From contig MU053758.1 of the NCBI GenBank assembly GCA_013239625.1, forward strand, positions 930,001 to 994,000: a DNA stretch of 64,000 bases, read 5' to 3'. Under the pieces are notes generated by a model. It saw only the letters and a program-made list of their open reading frames with translations, made no database searches and was not told the DNA's origin. Position numbers and translations under genes: made by a program. This DNA is from Lama guanicoe (Eukaryota). This document shows positions 27,101 through 39,919 of this stretch, in pieces. How positions within the stretch are numbered: position 1 is the stretch's first letter; each line of letters begins with the position of its first letter.

Positions 27101-28664
27101 CATCAATAGCTGGGCTTCTTGACTTGCGCTCACTTTCAGCACCCTGGAAAGGACAGCGCTAGACAGAACAGATATAGAGACTGGAGCTTCCCGGTTCACA
27201 TCCATCACCGTAGCATCTAGTACTGGTGGTGAATGATATATAAGATCTAGGGCCAACATTCTGTTTCTTTCTAGGTGACTCCAGAGGCATAAGGGAAATC
27301 ATTGTTTCTAGAGCTGCATAAAACAGATCTTTATTTTTTCCATTTTTGTATCATGACTGGATTAAGTGCTGGTGCCTGAAAGGATAAAGGAATCAAGTTT
27401 TAGTTTTCATTTTTACCATTGCAAATACGTTTACATTCTCCTATTTTACAAATGCAAAGAGCAGGCAAGCCACTTTCAATAATTTATTTTAAAATCAATG
27501 CTAATGAGGTTATGTCTCGTCAGCGGCCAAGTTTTACAATAAAGTCTGATTTATTTAGAAAAGATCTTTGGTGTAGCTTCCCATCTAATGGTGGTGGGAA
27601 GGAGGTGGAGTAGCAGGCACGGTGACCCTCCAACTTCGTATCCAATTTGTAATTCACGGCGGAGATCTGACCCAATTTACATTGATTAGAATTGGGAGGA
27701 AGAGACATCTGTGCACAGACAGCAGAGGTAGAATAAACCCTCTCTGCAAAAGTGCCTAAGCACAGCAAATTATTGGTCTCTGTGATTAAGTTGTTTGATA
27801 TCAGCAAAAGAGCTGTGCTGTGTCCAGATTATTGGGTATCTCTAAAATTGAGGGCATACCAACTCTTCTTTTAATGTTTCCAATCCTGTGAAATTGGTCC
27901 CACATCCAAAAGGAAAAGCATCATAGCAGAGGAAGGAAGGAAGTGGGCAAGTAATAAGAAGACAATGTGCAAAGAATGATGTTTAACGTGATTTAGTTCC
28001 ACGTGATCTATTTCCGATACTTGATTTCACTCCTCCATTATCTCACGTCTTTATTCCTCATGGTGAGGTTGGGGCAGCACTACAAGTGGTGAGTAGGAGA
28101 TATATGCTGCTGGGCCATACACGGAGATAAGAGGGGTTGAGTCCTTTTCCCACAGAATCTTGTAGGGCAGCTATATTTTATATATTTTTATTTATTTATT
28201 TATATGATATGTTTTTTAATCCTGGTAACATTTAATCTTGGTAAATACTAAAATATTTTTTAATCTTGGTAATCTTGGTGACATTTCTCAGAGTATCAAT
28301 CCCAATAAAAGATTAATTTTAATTTTTACAGGGGAACCGTATCATTTTGTATGTAAAATCGATTACTTCTTGAATGTTCTATAGTGTTTAAACATATTTT
28401 TATGCTGTTTATTCTTACTTACGAACTTAGAGTTTACTTCCCCTCGTGTGACATACCAGAACTCATATTGCCCTGTAAACCTTATATTTTAAAAAAAAAG
28501 AGGGGGCTGTCACAGGCCATCCCCTCAAAAGTTCCATTTAGTGGCCTAACTATGGGGAAGCGAGACACGTAAGTGCCCTAAGACCCACAGAGAGAAAGGA
28601 AAGTACGTGTAGCCAGAAGAAACAGTATCCAGCCTTCAAAATGTTGATCACTGTGCCCCATTAG

Positions 28665-28668
<4 letters not shown>

Positions 28669-28712
<44 letters not shown>
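28669..28712. repeat. (GT)22 microsatellite
   Basis: Perfect dinucleotide run. Confidence 0.97.
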
Positions 28713-28714
<2 letters not shown>

Positions 28715-28723
28715 CTGTGCTCT

Positions 28724-28742
28724 GTCCAGTAGGTGGTAGTGA
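28724..28742 (+). promoter_or_regulatory. CTCF motif (predicted)
   Basis: CCAGTAGGTGGTAG, one mismatch to CCASYAGRKGGCRS. Confidence 0.5.
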
Positions 28743-29339
28743 TGAAAAGGAGAACAGCAGGTGTCTTTTTGCACATTTTACCCCACGTGTAAAATAGCTT
28801 AATATGATTCTGGCGCTCATGCTTTCTTGATAAAGGCCCAGTTCCCATGTTTTCAGATAGTATGAAGTCTGAGATGAAACAATTTGATGGTGGTAAGAAA
28901 ATTAGGCCAATCATGTTGTGACTTTGATCATATAAACACTTGGATGGAGTTAGACAATAGCATTGACTTAGAATCCATCCACCTGCAGCAATTAATTAAA
29001 AGACCATTCCAACTGCCCTCAGGAGCTTACACTCTCATGAACAAGGCAGGCTAAAATAACAACAGTAAAAGATAACTACAAGCCCCAAGTACTAAGAACA
29101 TAAAATTATGTATGTGACCAGCTTCTGCTACAGCTGAACAAAGCTTGATACATTAAGGACTAATTAATCACAGAGGGCTTAAACACGTGCCTATCTTCAC
29201 ACACTCACACACACACACACACACACTCTGGATGCTTATGGGGAGATAATACACTTTGAAGAGAATTCTAGAAGGGGAAGAGGAATATAGGGTTTGAGGA
29301 AGAGGATTAGGATTTTAGTAATAGGCGTCTAAATGATCC

Positions 29340-29465
29340 AGTGGACTGGAAGTTCCTCAAAGGCAGGGACCCGGCCGTCTTGTCCACTGCTGCACCTCCA
29401 GTTCCCAGGGCGGCGTCTTGCACACAGTAAACACTTAAAAATGTTTGTGAATGAATGAACGAATG
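29340..29465 (+). mobile_element. L2 3' end
   Basis: gactggaagttcctcaaaggcagggac...cacagtaaacacttaaaaatgtttgtgaatgaatgaa. Confidence 0.75.
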
Positions 29466-29647
29466 GGGGAGGAAAGAAGAGAAGGCCAGTTTGAAGGTGA
29501 GAGATGATTTAAAAAGAGAGAGAGAGAGAACATGGTCATTATTGCCTTAAAGAAGAGAGTGTGATGAACTCAGGGAAAGGAGACCCGTCGGTACAAATAC
29601 AGACTGTTGAGCACTAATTACTAACCTGATCTTGTTCATCCCCGCAG

Positions 29648-29698
29648 ATGAAGAGCATGACCTAGAAGAGGATGACAGTGACACCCTACAGAAAGGAG
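29648..29698 (+). CDS. SKAP1: SKAP1 coding exon (~10), acidic linker
   Basis: ccgcag|AT GAA GAG CAT...AAA GGA G|gtatga; 51 nt, phase 1-1; DEEHDLEEDDSDTLQKG. Confidence 0.93.
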
Positions 29699-31138
29699 GT
29701 ATGAGGGCTATCTTCCCACTGGAGGAGGCACCTTTCTCAGACTACAAACATTACCGGACTCCCCAGTCAAGAGGGTGCTGGTGTGTTGACCTCAACAGCC
29801 CCAGAAAAGATAACTAGAGAGGGAAATATCTTAACTTTAAAAGCAGCCACCCATTCACTTTAAGTAATGTTCCCAGATGGCTAAGACTTATCCTAGAGAG
29901 AGTGGGAAGCCAAACCAGATATTTATTTTTTCCTATCAGTATTTCTCAAATCAGTATAGTGAAAATAGAATTGCCTCATCTCTAAGAGATCAGAGGATTG
30001 AGAATGGAAAGAATGGAAATGTCTCCTGTCTGAGAGGCCTGGAGATTACAAGTTCAGAGGGGAATGGAAATGTGTCAGATCTGAAAAGTGAATGTGGGGT
30101 GAAGGATAGAATTGCTTGGTGATGCTGACTTCTGATGGCCTGGTTTGATTCCAGGCACATTTGGAAATGAATATGTAACAGGTTTGTTGAATACAAAATT
30201 ACATCTTACTCATCCCATACTGTTACCCATGCTTCAGTCTGTTAGTGAGCCCATCCTTCCTAAGGTCAGATGCCCCTCTAAAGCCTCCTTATATGGACCA
30301 AGGACCTAGTCTGTCATTGTCTGTAAAGGAATACGTGTTGCAAAGGCCACCTCAAGGACATTTATTCCGTCGACAGAGCCTGAGCTGCGGCTGATTTAGA
30401 TACTGGCTGACTTCTTCTTAGAGAGTCTGTGAAAGTCTTGAGCCTAGGGGTTCTTTTCCCCTTCCTTCCTACTCCCCCTCTCTCTACGCACCCCGCCTCC
30501 TTCCCACTCTCCTCTCTCTTCCTCTCCTCGTGCCTTTTCTTCTCTTCCTTATCCATTCAGTAAAGCCTTTCCTTGGTGCTTTCTCCACGGGAGTGAATAT
30601 GTAACAGGTTTAATTACAGACCCGACTTAAACATCTGCCTTCTCTCGAGGAGAGAAAAGGCAGCAAAGAGGCAGCATCAGAAGTCACGTGTCAAAGCTGG
30701 AGAGAAAGAACCTAGGCGAGTATGACACAGGAATGTTAGTGTAGCTTCAAGTAAGGACCTTATGACAAACACCTCTCCTCAAGTCCATTCTGAAACTTAC
30801 CCTTGCTGTTTCACTTGCTGTACAGAATTCCAACCAAAAAATCTGTTTCCTGACCAACTCATGTCCCATATGTGTCTTTTCTCAACCAACTTCCCTCATT
30901 GGTACAGGAAAGAAGCACTTCATGTGGACAGCTTGGTGGAATAACTAGAAGCTTCCCATGGCCAACTTTATATTAAAGTCCATTCAAGAAGCAGCAGTGT
31001 TCTGGCAAAAGCCTAAAATTCAATTTGGGACTCCTCCCTCATCTCATTTCTTCCTTCTACTCTTCTTTCTAAGGTTCAGTCTGAAGGATGAGGGAAGATT
31101 TATTTCTTAGTTGTTCCAGCAGCTATAATTCAAGTAGG

Positions 31139-31292
31139 TTTTTTTTTAATATATCTTTATTGAACTATAGTCAGTTTACAATGTTGCGTCAGTTTCTGGT
31201 GTACAGCATAATGCTTCAGTCATATAGGAACATACATATATTTGTTTTCAGATTCTTTTTAACCATAAGTTACTATAAGATATTCAAATAGA
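31139..31292 (-). mobile_element. 5'-truncated young L1 3' end (cetartiodactyl/camelid type)
   Basis: Poly-T then tttattgaactatagtcagtttacaatgttg...gtacagcataatgcttcagtcata...tactataagatattcaaatag, the antisense L1 3' UTR pattern. Confidence 0.8.
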
Positions 31293-34184
31293 TTTAAAAA
31301 AAAACTTTATTCCTCATGCTTCCTGCCTCCAAAATAGATGTTGTTAAAGTGTAGTGAGCTCTGCATATGTTTCTATGGTTTATACTTCCCACCAGTTAAA
31401 ATGATTGGTGACTTACTTGGCGATTAAAAAACAGAAGACTTTTCATGCTCTCTGCAGGATCTGAGGCAGGAAATTTTATTATTTGTGTTTACTTATTTAT
31501 TTATTGAATTTATATAGTGCCTTTCCTACAAAGGAGCTATAGAAACAGCGACAAATATGTAACATCCAAATGTCATCACTTAGCTTTATAACAATAAGAT
31601 ATACAGATCCGAGGGAAGGGTAGGCATATAAAAGGCAGGGAGCCCCAGGACGGTGGGGGTTCTTCTGTAATAGGCAAGCTGCACAAGTTTGGTTCACTTA
31701 GTTATTTTCAGGTGTCATGTGCCCTTTGAGGGGGAAAACTATTTTCTCCTAAAAGGTGCTGTGGCTAGCAGGGTACCTTTAAAATCCACATACTTTTCTT
31801 CACTATTCCAGGGATCCTGTTCGAGGAATGCTCTGCTTTTCCCTGATGGAACTGCTAACACTTTTAAAGCCCAACTAAGATCTTATCAGAAGGGGGGGGG
31901 GGGAATTCAGTTTATCCTGATTGGGTGTTAATGACCCTGTAAGATGTAATTTCTTTTATTTTTATACTGTTACCTAGAAAATCTATCACAGCCTTGTAGT
32001 ATTGATTGCTCAATCTATGAAGAGCTCAGTTTACAGCTTGACTGTTAGTAACAGGGTTATTCTAATGAGTGACTCTTCAACACCTCAGATTTTCACTAAA
32101 TTCCAACCCATTAGCCTAATGGTCTAACACTAAGTGTCTTTGGTGATAAGAGCTTATTTCCCTTCCCTACCAGGAGAAGGCATGTCCAGGTAACCAAAAA
32201 TAAAACTCATTCTGTGCTTGTAGCTATGAAAACTACTGGCCATTTTCTGGGGTATGCCAGGTCAAATAAAAAGCAGAGCTGGAGGCCCAAATCATGCTGA
32301 TACACTCAAGTCTCTGACCAAAGAAGATGTTGAAACAGGTCGTTTTCGCTCTGAAATTGTGAGCAAACTCAGCCAAGGGGGAGCCCGTGTTCAGTCATTT
32401 CCGCAGGGCAGAGAAATGGTTGCTGGTGAGCATTCCAGCCCTCAAATACTTTTTCCACTTTAGTGGTCGCCAGTGGGGTGAACTATTACATAAAAGAAAC
32501 AGAGAGAAGTCAGAGAGGTGTTTGCAGCTCTTACTTTTTGAAACCTGTTTCCCAAGACCAAACATGAGATGATCGTCAGCCAGCTATGATTTGGGCTCGA
32601 TAAAAAGAGCACAGGAGATGAAAATTTGGATCTGTAAGTGTTCCCCACTGCAAGATCATATTTATAACATTAAGGACCATAGTAATTTCAAAACTCAAAG
32701 ATTAAATTAAGGGCTGTGAAAACAAGCAAATTGTATTTTCAGTCACTCTTCGTGTTCTGGTGTCGTAATCAGTGGAGCTTGGCCAATTTTTTATGCCTTT
32801 CCTTCTGAAATAGTTAATAAGGTTAATCAGGCTGAGTCTCCTTTAATGGACTGAACATGGTGGCCTTTTCTGGCCTGGCCTAGAGAGCATTTCAAGTCCC
32901 CCCCAGTGGGCCACTGCTTTGTCTGTCTGTCCATTTCTCACCACCCCATGCTCTAGCAAGAACTGGTTTTATCTGTCTTCTCCTTTTGTCTCTCTTTTCC
33001 ATAATCTGTACCCAGGGCCTCATTGGCATGGTCCTTTTGTTTAATCAAGAAAATATAAACAACATGCTGACCTGCCTTTAGCCTCTTTTCCGTGGTCACA
33101 GCTTGAATTCTGGAGCTACCCAGAATCCCTCAAACAAAAGCCCAAGGACATATGAACCTTGGAAAGAACACCGTCAGGCTCTGTGTCCCTAAGGAGGGAG
33201 AAATGCAGAAAGATGTCCTGGTCTTTCCACTTTAGAGCTCTCCACTTCATGGAGGCTCATTTTCAAATATTGACTCTGTCAATAGTAGCACCAACTTGGC
33301 CTCAGTTACAGGAGAAATGACTGTCGCTGGTTATAAAGACTTGGTGTGGAATGACAAATGCTTTGCAATAAATACCTAGGAAAGAGGAAAAACAATATAT
33401 TTTTTGACTTGGTCTGTTGCTCTTCCTTCTGTGACATTTTGCTTGCTTGGAGCATAGCTCCTCTTACGTGGGATAAAGAAAATAAGATGCAGCCCTTTTT
33501 TTTCTCTAGAAAAAGTCCTCAGCTCTGCTAGCAATTTAAATGCCGTGATCATACCCATTAGCTTCTCTATCATTGTAATTGTTGTTAATTGTTATAACTG
33601 TTTTAGTTATTAGTGGTGTCATTATTGCTCTAGGTCCTCTGTCTGTTTTATGCTGAATATATTAGTGCTTTGCTTTTGAATTACCAGGCTGTATTTAGTG
33701 GAGAGTAACATTTTTTTTGGAGAGACATTGAGAAATGCTGGCATTAAGCTTTATTCTTTTGTTTTTCATTCCAAATGGACAGACTGGAAAAAAAATAATT
33801 AGATGGAATAATGTCCTCAAAATGAGAATGACGATGTTTTGAATTAATTAAATGGTCAGAATACTGCACCGTTTCTGATCTCTGACTGCTGCCAGAGTAG
33901 TGTAAACCTAACGGAACCTCAGTTCAGCCCACAGAGGCAATCCTCCCTCTCAGGCTCCCAACTCCTTACTGATCTAAAGACATCAAAGTCTCCTCATGCT
34001 TTCTCTGTTCATCAGGTATGCTGGGCAGGTTTAGGGAGGAGCCGGACTGGCCCCGCAGACTTCTCAGCCTTCAAGCTCTTCCTGGGGCCAACTTCAGGGG
34101 AAAAAGGCTCCTCGCTTTTCTTCTTCCCCTCCGCAAGGTTTTTGAATAACGCCCACTCCAGGTCAGGTTTTTGTTTTACAACTA

Positions 34185-34446
34185 ACGCTTCAGGGAAGCC
34201 TTCCTGACCCCTCAGACTAGGTTAGATTCCCTTTTATATGCAGCACCCTCAACTTCTTTGCAGACATATCATAATCATAAATAGCTAGATAGGTGTGTGA
34301 CTGTTTCCTGCTGCCTCCCCTGCTGATGGCAGCCCTAAGGGCAGGGACCGTGTGTGTGGCCAACGCGGAATTCCCCGTGTCTAGCATGGTGCCCAGCATT
34401 TAGTAGGTGCTGTGTACGTGCGTGTTGAAAGTTGAAGAATGAATGC
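34185..34446 (+). mobile_element. L2 3' end
   Basis: cttcagggaagccttcctgacc...ctagcatggtgcccagcatttagtaggtgct...gaatgaatg. Confidence 0.75.
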
Positions 34447-35354
34447 AGTGAAGTGTGCATACTTACACAGAAATATCCATCACACACGTTAAACCGGGAG
34501 TCTGCAGTACTGTCCAGTGAAGGAGTTCCTCCCTGATTTCCTTAAAACCAGAATACTTCTGTTTAGAAGCAAGTCCAACCTTTTCCCTATTTTTAGCCTT
34601 TCATTTTGCTTATTTTCCGGAACTGTCTTCTTACGGTTCTGACAATTCCAGTTCTCGGGGTAGGTTAAACTCTCCCCTGGATTCCTGAGCTCTTTCTTCT
34701 TTTGGCATTTATCTTATGAAGAACTGAAGACATCTTCCATCTTCAGTTTTTCTTGAAAGGTTTTTGTTTTTCTTCTAGCTTCTGGCATTCCCTGTGATCT
34801 GTTGTGCTTTTAGAATAGGTCTTTTTCCACGTGTTCTCCTCAGGTGTCTTATATACCCAATATGAAATCATGTTTTACATATATACCCGAAAAGTACTCA
34901 TAATTTCAGGAGCTATCCCGCCTCCAGGTACGTGGGGAGCAGTACCCCCACAGTGACCATCTGCTAGGCCAGAAAAAGCCAAGGTAACTTTGTCAGTCTT
35001 ACTATTTGGAAATATCAAGTTACATTTTCTTTAAAAAAAACTTTTTATCAAATGATTTTCTTTGCCATATATAGATCCATGAAGAATATTGATGTCAATA
35101 TACTTTTCATTCCTAAACTTAGTCAAAATCTTGAAGTGATCAGTCAGCTCCATTACAACTGAAAACACATTAATATACTCTCTGGGAAAACTACTTTCAC
35201 TTTTCAGGGGACTGATATTTCTCTGTTACTTCCTGCACTGATATCCCCCCAAAATATATACCTTGTCTTTGCAATAGTTAGCATTTTTTCCCCAATGAAT
35301 TTTTTCCCCTGAACTTAACTTTGTGGCAGGATGTTTCCAGTGTAGTTGTCTTGT

Positions 35355-35373
35355 TTGCTGCCCTCTGTTGTCG
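35355..35373 (-). promoter_or_regulatory. CTCF motif (predicted), reverse orientation
   Basis: Minus strand reads CGACAACAGAGGGCAGCAA. Confidence 0.5.
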
Positions 35374-36826
35374 ACTGCATATACAAACATTTCCTGTTTA
35401 AAGAAAACATGCCCGAGTCTTTATGCGGTTAACATTTTTCCTTCTGTTTGCAATAGCTGAATCTTAAGTAAACAACTCTGTCCCACCTCTGTTTTTGTAC
35501 ACTTTAACATTCCTACTAAAAGTTCTTTTCCAGTGACATATAGGGATTTTCTTCCTCTGTGTCTTTATTATTTGAATTGCTCATAAGTCAAGAACAGAGA
35601 GGGAAAAAGCCAGTATAGCCAACACCTCTGTCCCCCTCAATGCCTGCTTGCCTTCCATGTGTTCCCATCCTCAGCAACTAGCACCATCACTCCTCATGGG
35701 AGGGTCGAGACAAATGAAGGGAAAGGTGGAAACTGGTAGAATAAGTTTCCCCAAAATCACTTGAATTCTAATTAGAGCCCAGGACTCCTGATCAATAGGA
35801 ATGTCATCTTTGGTGGGTGCTTCGCATACAGCTCTCATACATAGCATCCTAAGGAACGGGGAGCACTGCCACATTATCCCTGGTCCAGTGGGCATTCGCT
35901 CTCCTGCCATTCAAATCCCCAGATCCTCTCCCTTTTTGTACTCTAGTGTTTAACCTTTCCGGGTAGTAGAAGATCAATACAAATTCTTCATTGTTAAGAA
36001 TCGATGACTGTCCTGTGGCATCACTGCCATCTAGTCTTGCTGAGAAGCCCAGTAAATCTCTCCGGCTGTTTCTAAAGCTTGGTTTGTCGTCTTCGGTTGC
36101 TTTCATTTTTAATGCAGATCACTTTGGTTTCTGTTCCCCTGGGGGCCCACAGATAAATCTTGGCAGACATGTTCAGGGTCTACAAATGAGATGCTGGAGA
36201 AGGGCCAGCCCACCCAGAATTTAGTTGTAATGGATGACACCCCCTCGGTTCCACTTAAATACTGGGCTATTCGTTTCCACATTTATTGGTAATTACCGCG
36301 TGTAGTAAGTACCTGGGTGGGAAGTGCCTAGGATGAAGTTCCTGTGTAACAGAGGAGGCCAACATGTGAGGCTGTGATGCACATTTGTGCTGGCTGACTC
36401 AGCCTCTCTTGCAACAGGCAGAAGTCGGAGACTTAGTACTTCAAATGCATAACAGAGAGGCACTGGATAGTTTGGATGCCCTGGATGAAGAAAGTCTGAC
36501 AGGAAATCTCTTTGTGCTGCTTACTTACTTTACCAAATAAAAAATTACCTGCCTGATTTTCTTTTATTAATAAACGAATATATTTATCATATGATTGAAT
36601 AGCACCTGACTAAAGGTTATATAAATATTTAATGTTACTTAATGACCTCCTTTCCCACAGTCCTTTGCTCATGCTGAGTGTTCGGCTGTATCTCTTCCCA
36701 AACACCCTATATCTTAGGTTTCCTAGGGGTAATATCAGAACCTTGGTTTTTATTTGCAGCAAAACTGTGGGCTCCACAGAAAAAGCCAGAGTTCTTTTAA
36801 CTTTGATTTCTCCTCTCTTTGATCAG

Positions 36827-36927
36827 TGGACTATGCCAGTTATTACCAGGGCCTATGGGATTGCCATGGCGACCAGCCAGACGAACTGTCCTTCCAACGG
36901 GGTGACCTCATCCGCATTCTGAGCAAG
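36827..36927 (+). CDS. SKAP1: SKAP1 coding exon (~11), N-terminal half of SH3 domain
   Basis: gatcag|TG GAC TAT...AGC AAG|gtgagg; 101 nt, phase 1-0; [34 protein letters not shown]. Confidence 0.96.
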
Positions 36928-37337
36928 GTGAGGATTGCAGTGTGGGGCTGGGATCAAAAGGTGGTCTTCTCACTCTTGCTGATGTAGTCACCACAACCAG
37001 AATTATTCCACCTCATATACTTCTCTTCTGTATATCACACAGCTCCCTTACACATAGAGTAAATTCCCATTGGTTTATAGTTGTCAGGGAAATTCTTAAT
37101 TGAAAATTCAGTTTCAGGAACCAATTTTCACATTTAAAAATACAACAAAGTAGACACAATACTAAAACTATGCCAATCAAAATTCAGTCTTTTCTTAAAG
37201 GGTCTTGTGGTGCTCAAAAGTCATCACCATGTACATAATTTGTACATACTCTTGAAAATATTCTGGCTAGGTCAGCCGTCTTCATTCACGTATAGATAAA
37301 TAAGACTGTAGTATAATTATGTATGGGGGGAGGAGTC

Positions 37338-37605
37338 AGAGCTGGTTAGCTCAGTTGGTTTGAGCAAGTACTGACAAGGCCAAGACAGTGAATCCAACCC
37401 ATAAAGTCCAGCTAACTTTATTCTCTTCCTCAGTCACAAAGTTAACCCCTAGCCCCACCTAACCATCTCACAAATGGTGGTGTTGAATATAAAAAATTGG
37501 GCAAAAAAAGGATAGATTATTGCAGATCCATCACCAACATGAAGAAGATGCAGAACTCATGGTTTGAGGGATCAGTAGCATCATCTTTGTAAAGAAAGAT
37601 TACAC
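37338..37605 (+). mobile_element. MamSINE1-like ancient tRNA-headed SINE
   Basis: Head gctggttagctcagttggtttgagc...aggccaag, then ccagctaacttt, acccctagccc, atctcacaaatg, gcagatccatcacca, tcagtagcatcatctt, in the order of the recalled MamSINE1 consensus. Confidence 0.65.
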
Positions 37606-39919
37606 ACATATTCTGTATAGGTGGGCTAAGGAAATAGGTTCTGTCCCTGGGGGAAAAAATGTGTTAAAAAGTTCTCCCTCTATGAGACAGTCAATATCTA
37701 CAAACACATTTTTGAAATAGGCACAATTTGCTCTTTAGTTGATGAGCATATAAACTCCATAGAGGAAAATTGAAAACCCATTGTGTTATTAACCCATCAC
37801 TGGCCATTTATCTTTGTTCTGTGAATGTCACTACCTTGACCAAGGGTTTGTCTTGGTTTGATATGTACCATAAACTCCTTATGAAACAGACCAGGGCTAA
37901 CCCAAGCGGTTCCAAGTCCCTTTTGGACTAGGACCAAACTCAGACCCAACCTTTTGCAAGAGAATAGGAGGCCTGCAAGTCCTGCTGAGTGAGATCACAA
38001 TCTTCTGGTGATTTCTTCCAGACTCCTAATACAGTACCACACTAGTACCATTCTGGTGCAGCTCCAATACACCAAGAATAAATTGCAAGCAAAGAAGGGA
38101 GTGGACATTGGCCTGATTGGTATTTCAAATGCCCGAAAGCAAGGTTTGCTGTGTAATAGAATTTGTGTACATTACCACACTGGCATTACAGGGGTAATCG
38201 AGTTATCCACTCAGGTGTGACCAGGCCTCTGTTTGCCCAGAGCCTGCAGGTGAACAAATTAACTGTTTACATTGTCTGAGGTGCCTGCAGCAGGAGGGAG
38301 AGAGAACAGAGCCAGACTGTCTGCTGGCCTTCTCTCTCGGTCATGATTATTTTGTTTGTTTTGCATGTCTTTTGCCTTTGTTAATGGCTTCTCACTGGGG
38401 GGTCCCTTTCCTCCCTTTAGAAGGGACTGTGCGGTAACTTGCCCTGCACTAGAGAGCTGACTGTGGTTACCATGGCTGTTGTGTTTTTAAGAGAAACCAA
38501 AGAACATGGGGAACCTCTCTAACCTGTTTCATTGTTGTTGGGGTTTTTTTAATCAGTCTCCTTTCCCGTCCTGCATTACTAACAGCTATCAGAGTCTAAT
38601 TCACTGAGAATAAATATCTTACTGCCTTGGTTCTCTCGGGCTTCTTTCTCCATCTTCTGGAAGGTCCTGAGTCCACTGTCATCCCTTACCATGGTAGTAA
38701 CACATTTCTTTATTCCCCCCAAAAGCTACACCAGCTGCCTCCTTTTTCCATGTTGCTAATCTCTGCATGTCGGAGGAAGAAATGAGAAGCTAGAAGCTTA
38801 GCTGAAGTTTCCCTCATGAAGCTTCATTCCAGTTAACGTTGGCTTGGGGAGCATTTCAGATTGGATTTACCTTTATTATATTACTTAACTCAGTAAGACT
38901 CCTTGGACAGGAAGGAACCTTAAAAGGCCACCCAATCCATTCCCTTTCCTCTAAGAAGCATAAATGAACTAATTTAGACAGAAAAGGAGATTCCACTACC
39001 ATTCTAAGCTGTCTGTCTATACAGATGTTCAGGAACTCCTAATCTCTGGAATTTTCCCTCATATGGATTCTAAATTTATTTCGCTTTCGCCCCAGCTGGC
39101 TTCCTTTATTGGATTCAGTTACACTCTGCAGCCTGCCTCTCACACCTGGAGGGGCAGAACTGACCCAAGTTGAGGGTAGTCCAGAAAAAAATGGTATTTC
39201 AAAATCTCCATTTTACTTTTCTCTCTGGCCAGTAGGACTTTCGTCAGGCAAGAAAAGCCTGCCGCTTAGGAACCTGGAGAAGTCTATTTCCCTGAGAAAC
39301 ACAAGACAAGATGCAACTGGGTACAGCTCAGCTAACCCAGATAGTTTCCTTACCTGTAAAATGAGGGAGTTGTAATAGGATGAGCTGTAAGCTTCCTTCC
39401 ACCTCAAACATTCCCATTCTAAACAAACATGATGAGAAAACTGCTAGATAAATCCACACAAAAATGTGTTTTAGTTTTAATTATTTATTCAGATTAAATA
39501 AATTCTGATTATAAGCTCTTTTGGTTTTGGTCCTTATCACTGCCCCTGGCTTTCCCCTCTCTGTATGATAAAAGAAGTATTCTGAAGAGGGGGTGGCAGG
39601 TGGAGAACAGGATGGGGGTATGGGTCAGGAGTTGGGGATGTAGTAACTTTATTCTGGGGCTCCTGGGGCTCTCTGCTGTTTCTTAATAGTTGCCCAAGTA
39701 TGACCGAAACTTGAATCCTAGAATCCTAAGGCCAGGAGAGTTTGTTAGAGTCAAGGGCCTTTGGGCAGGAATGATCCCAGGAAGAGAGCAATTTGTCCTT
39801 TAAAAAAAAAAATCCAGAGAGGATGGTTGGCTGGGTAAGAAAGATGCACCCCATAGATAAACAAATGTCCATCACCTATGCTTTTCTTAGGGAAGCAGAT
39901 CATCAAAGATGGGTTACTT

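Noticed and set aside
28578..28914. HTHTHT-containing ORFs (also 57860-58159) and the FFLS-repeat ORF at 56765-57133
   Set aside because: They are translations of microsatellites.
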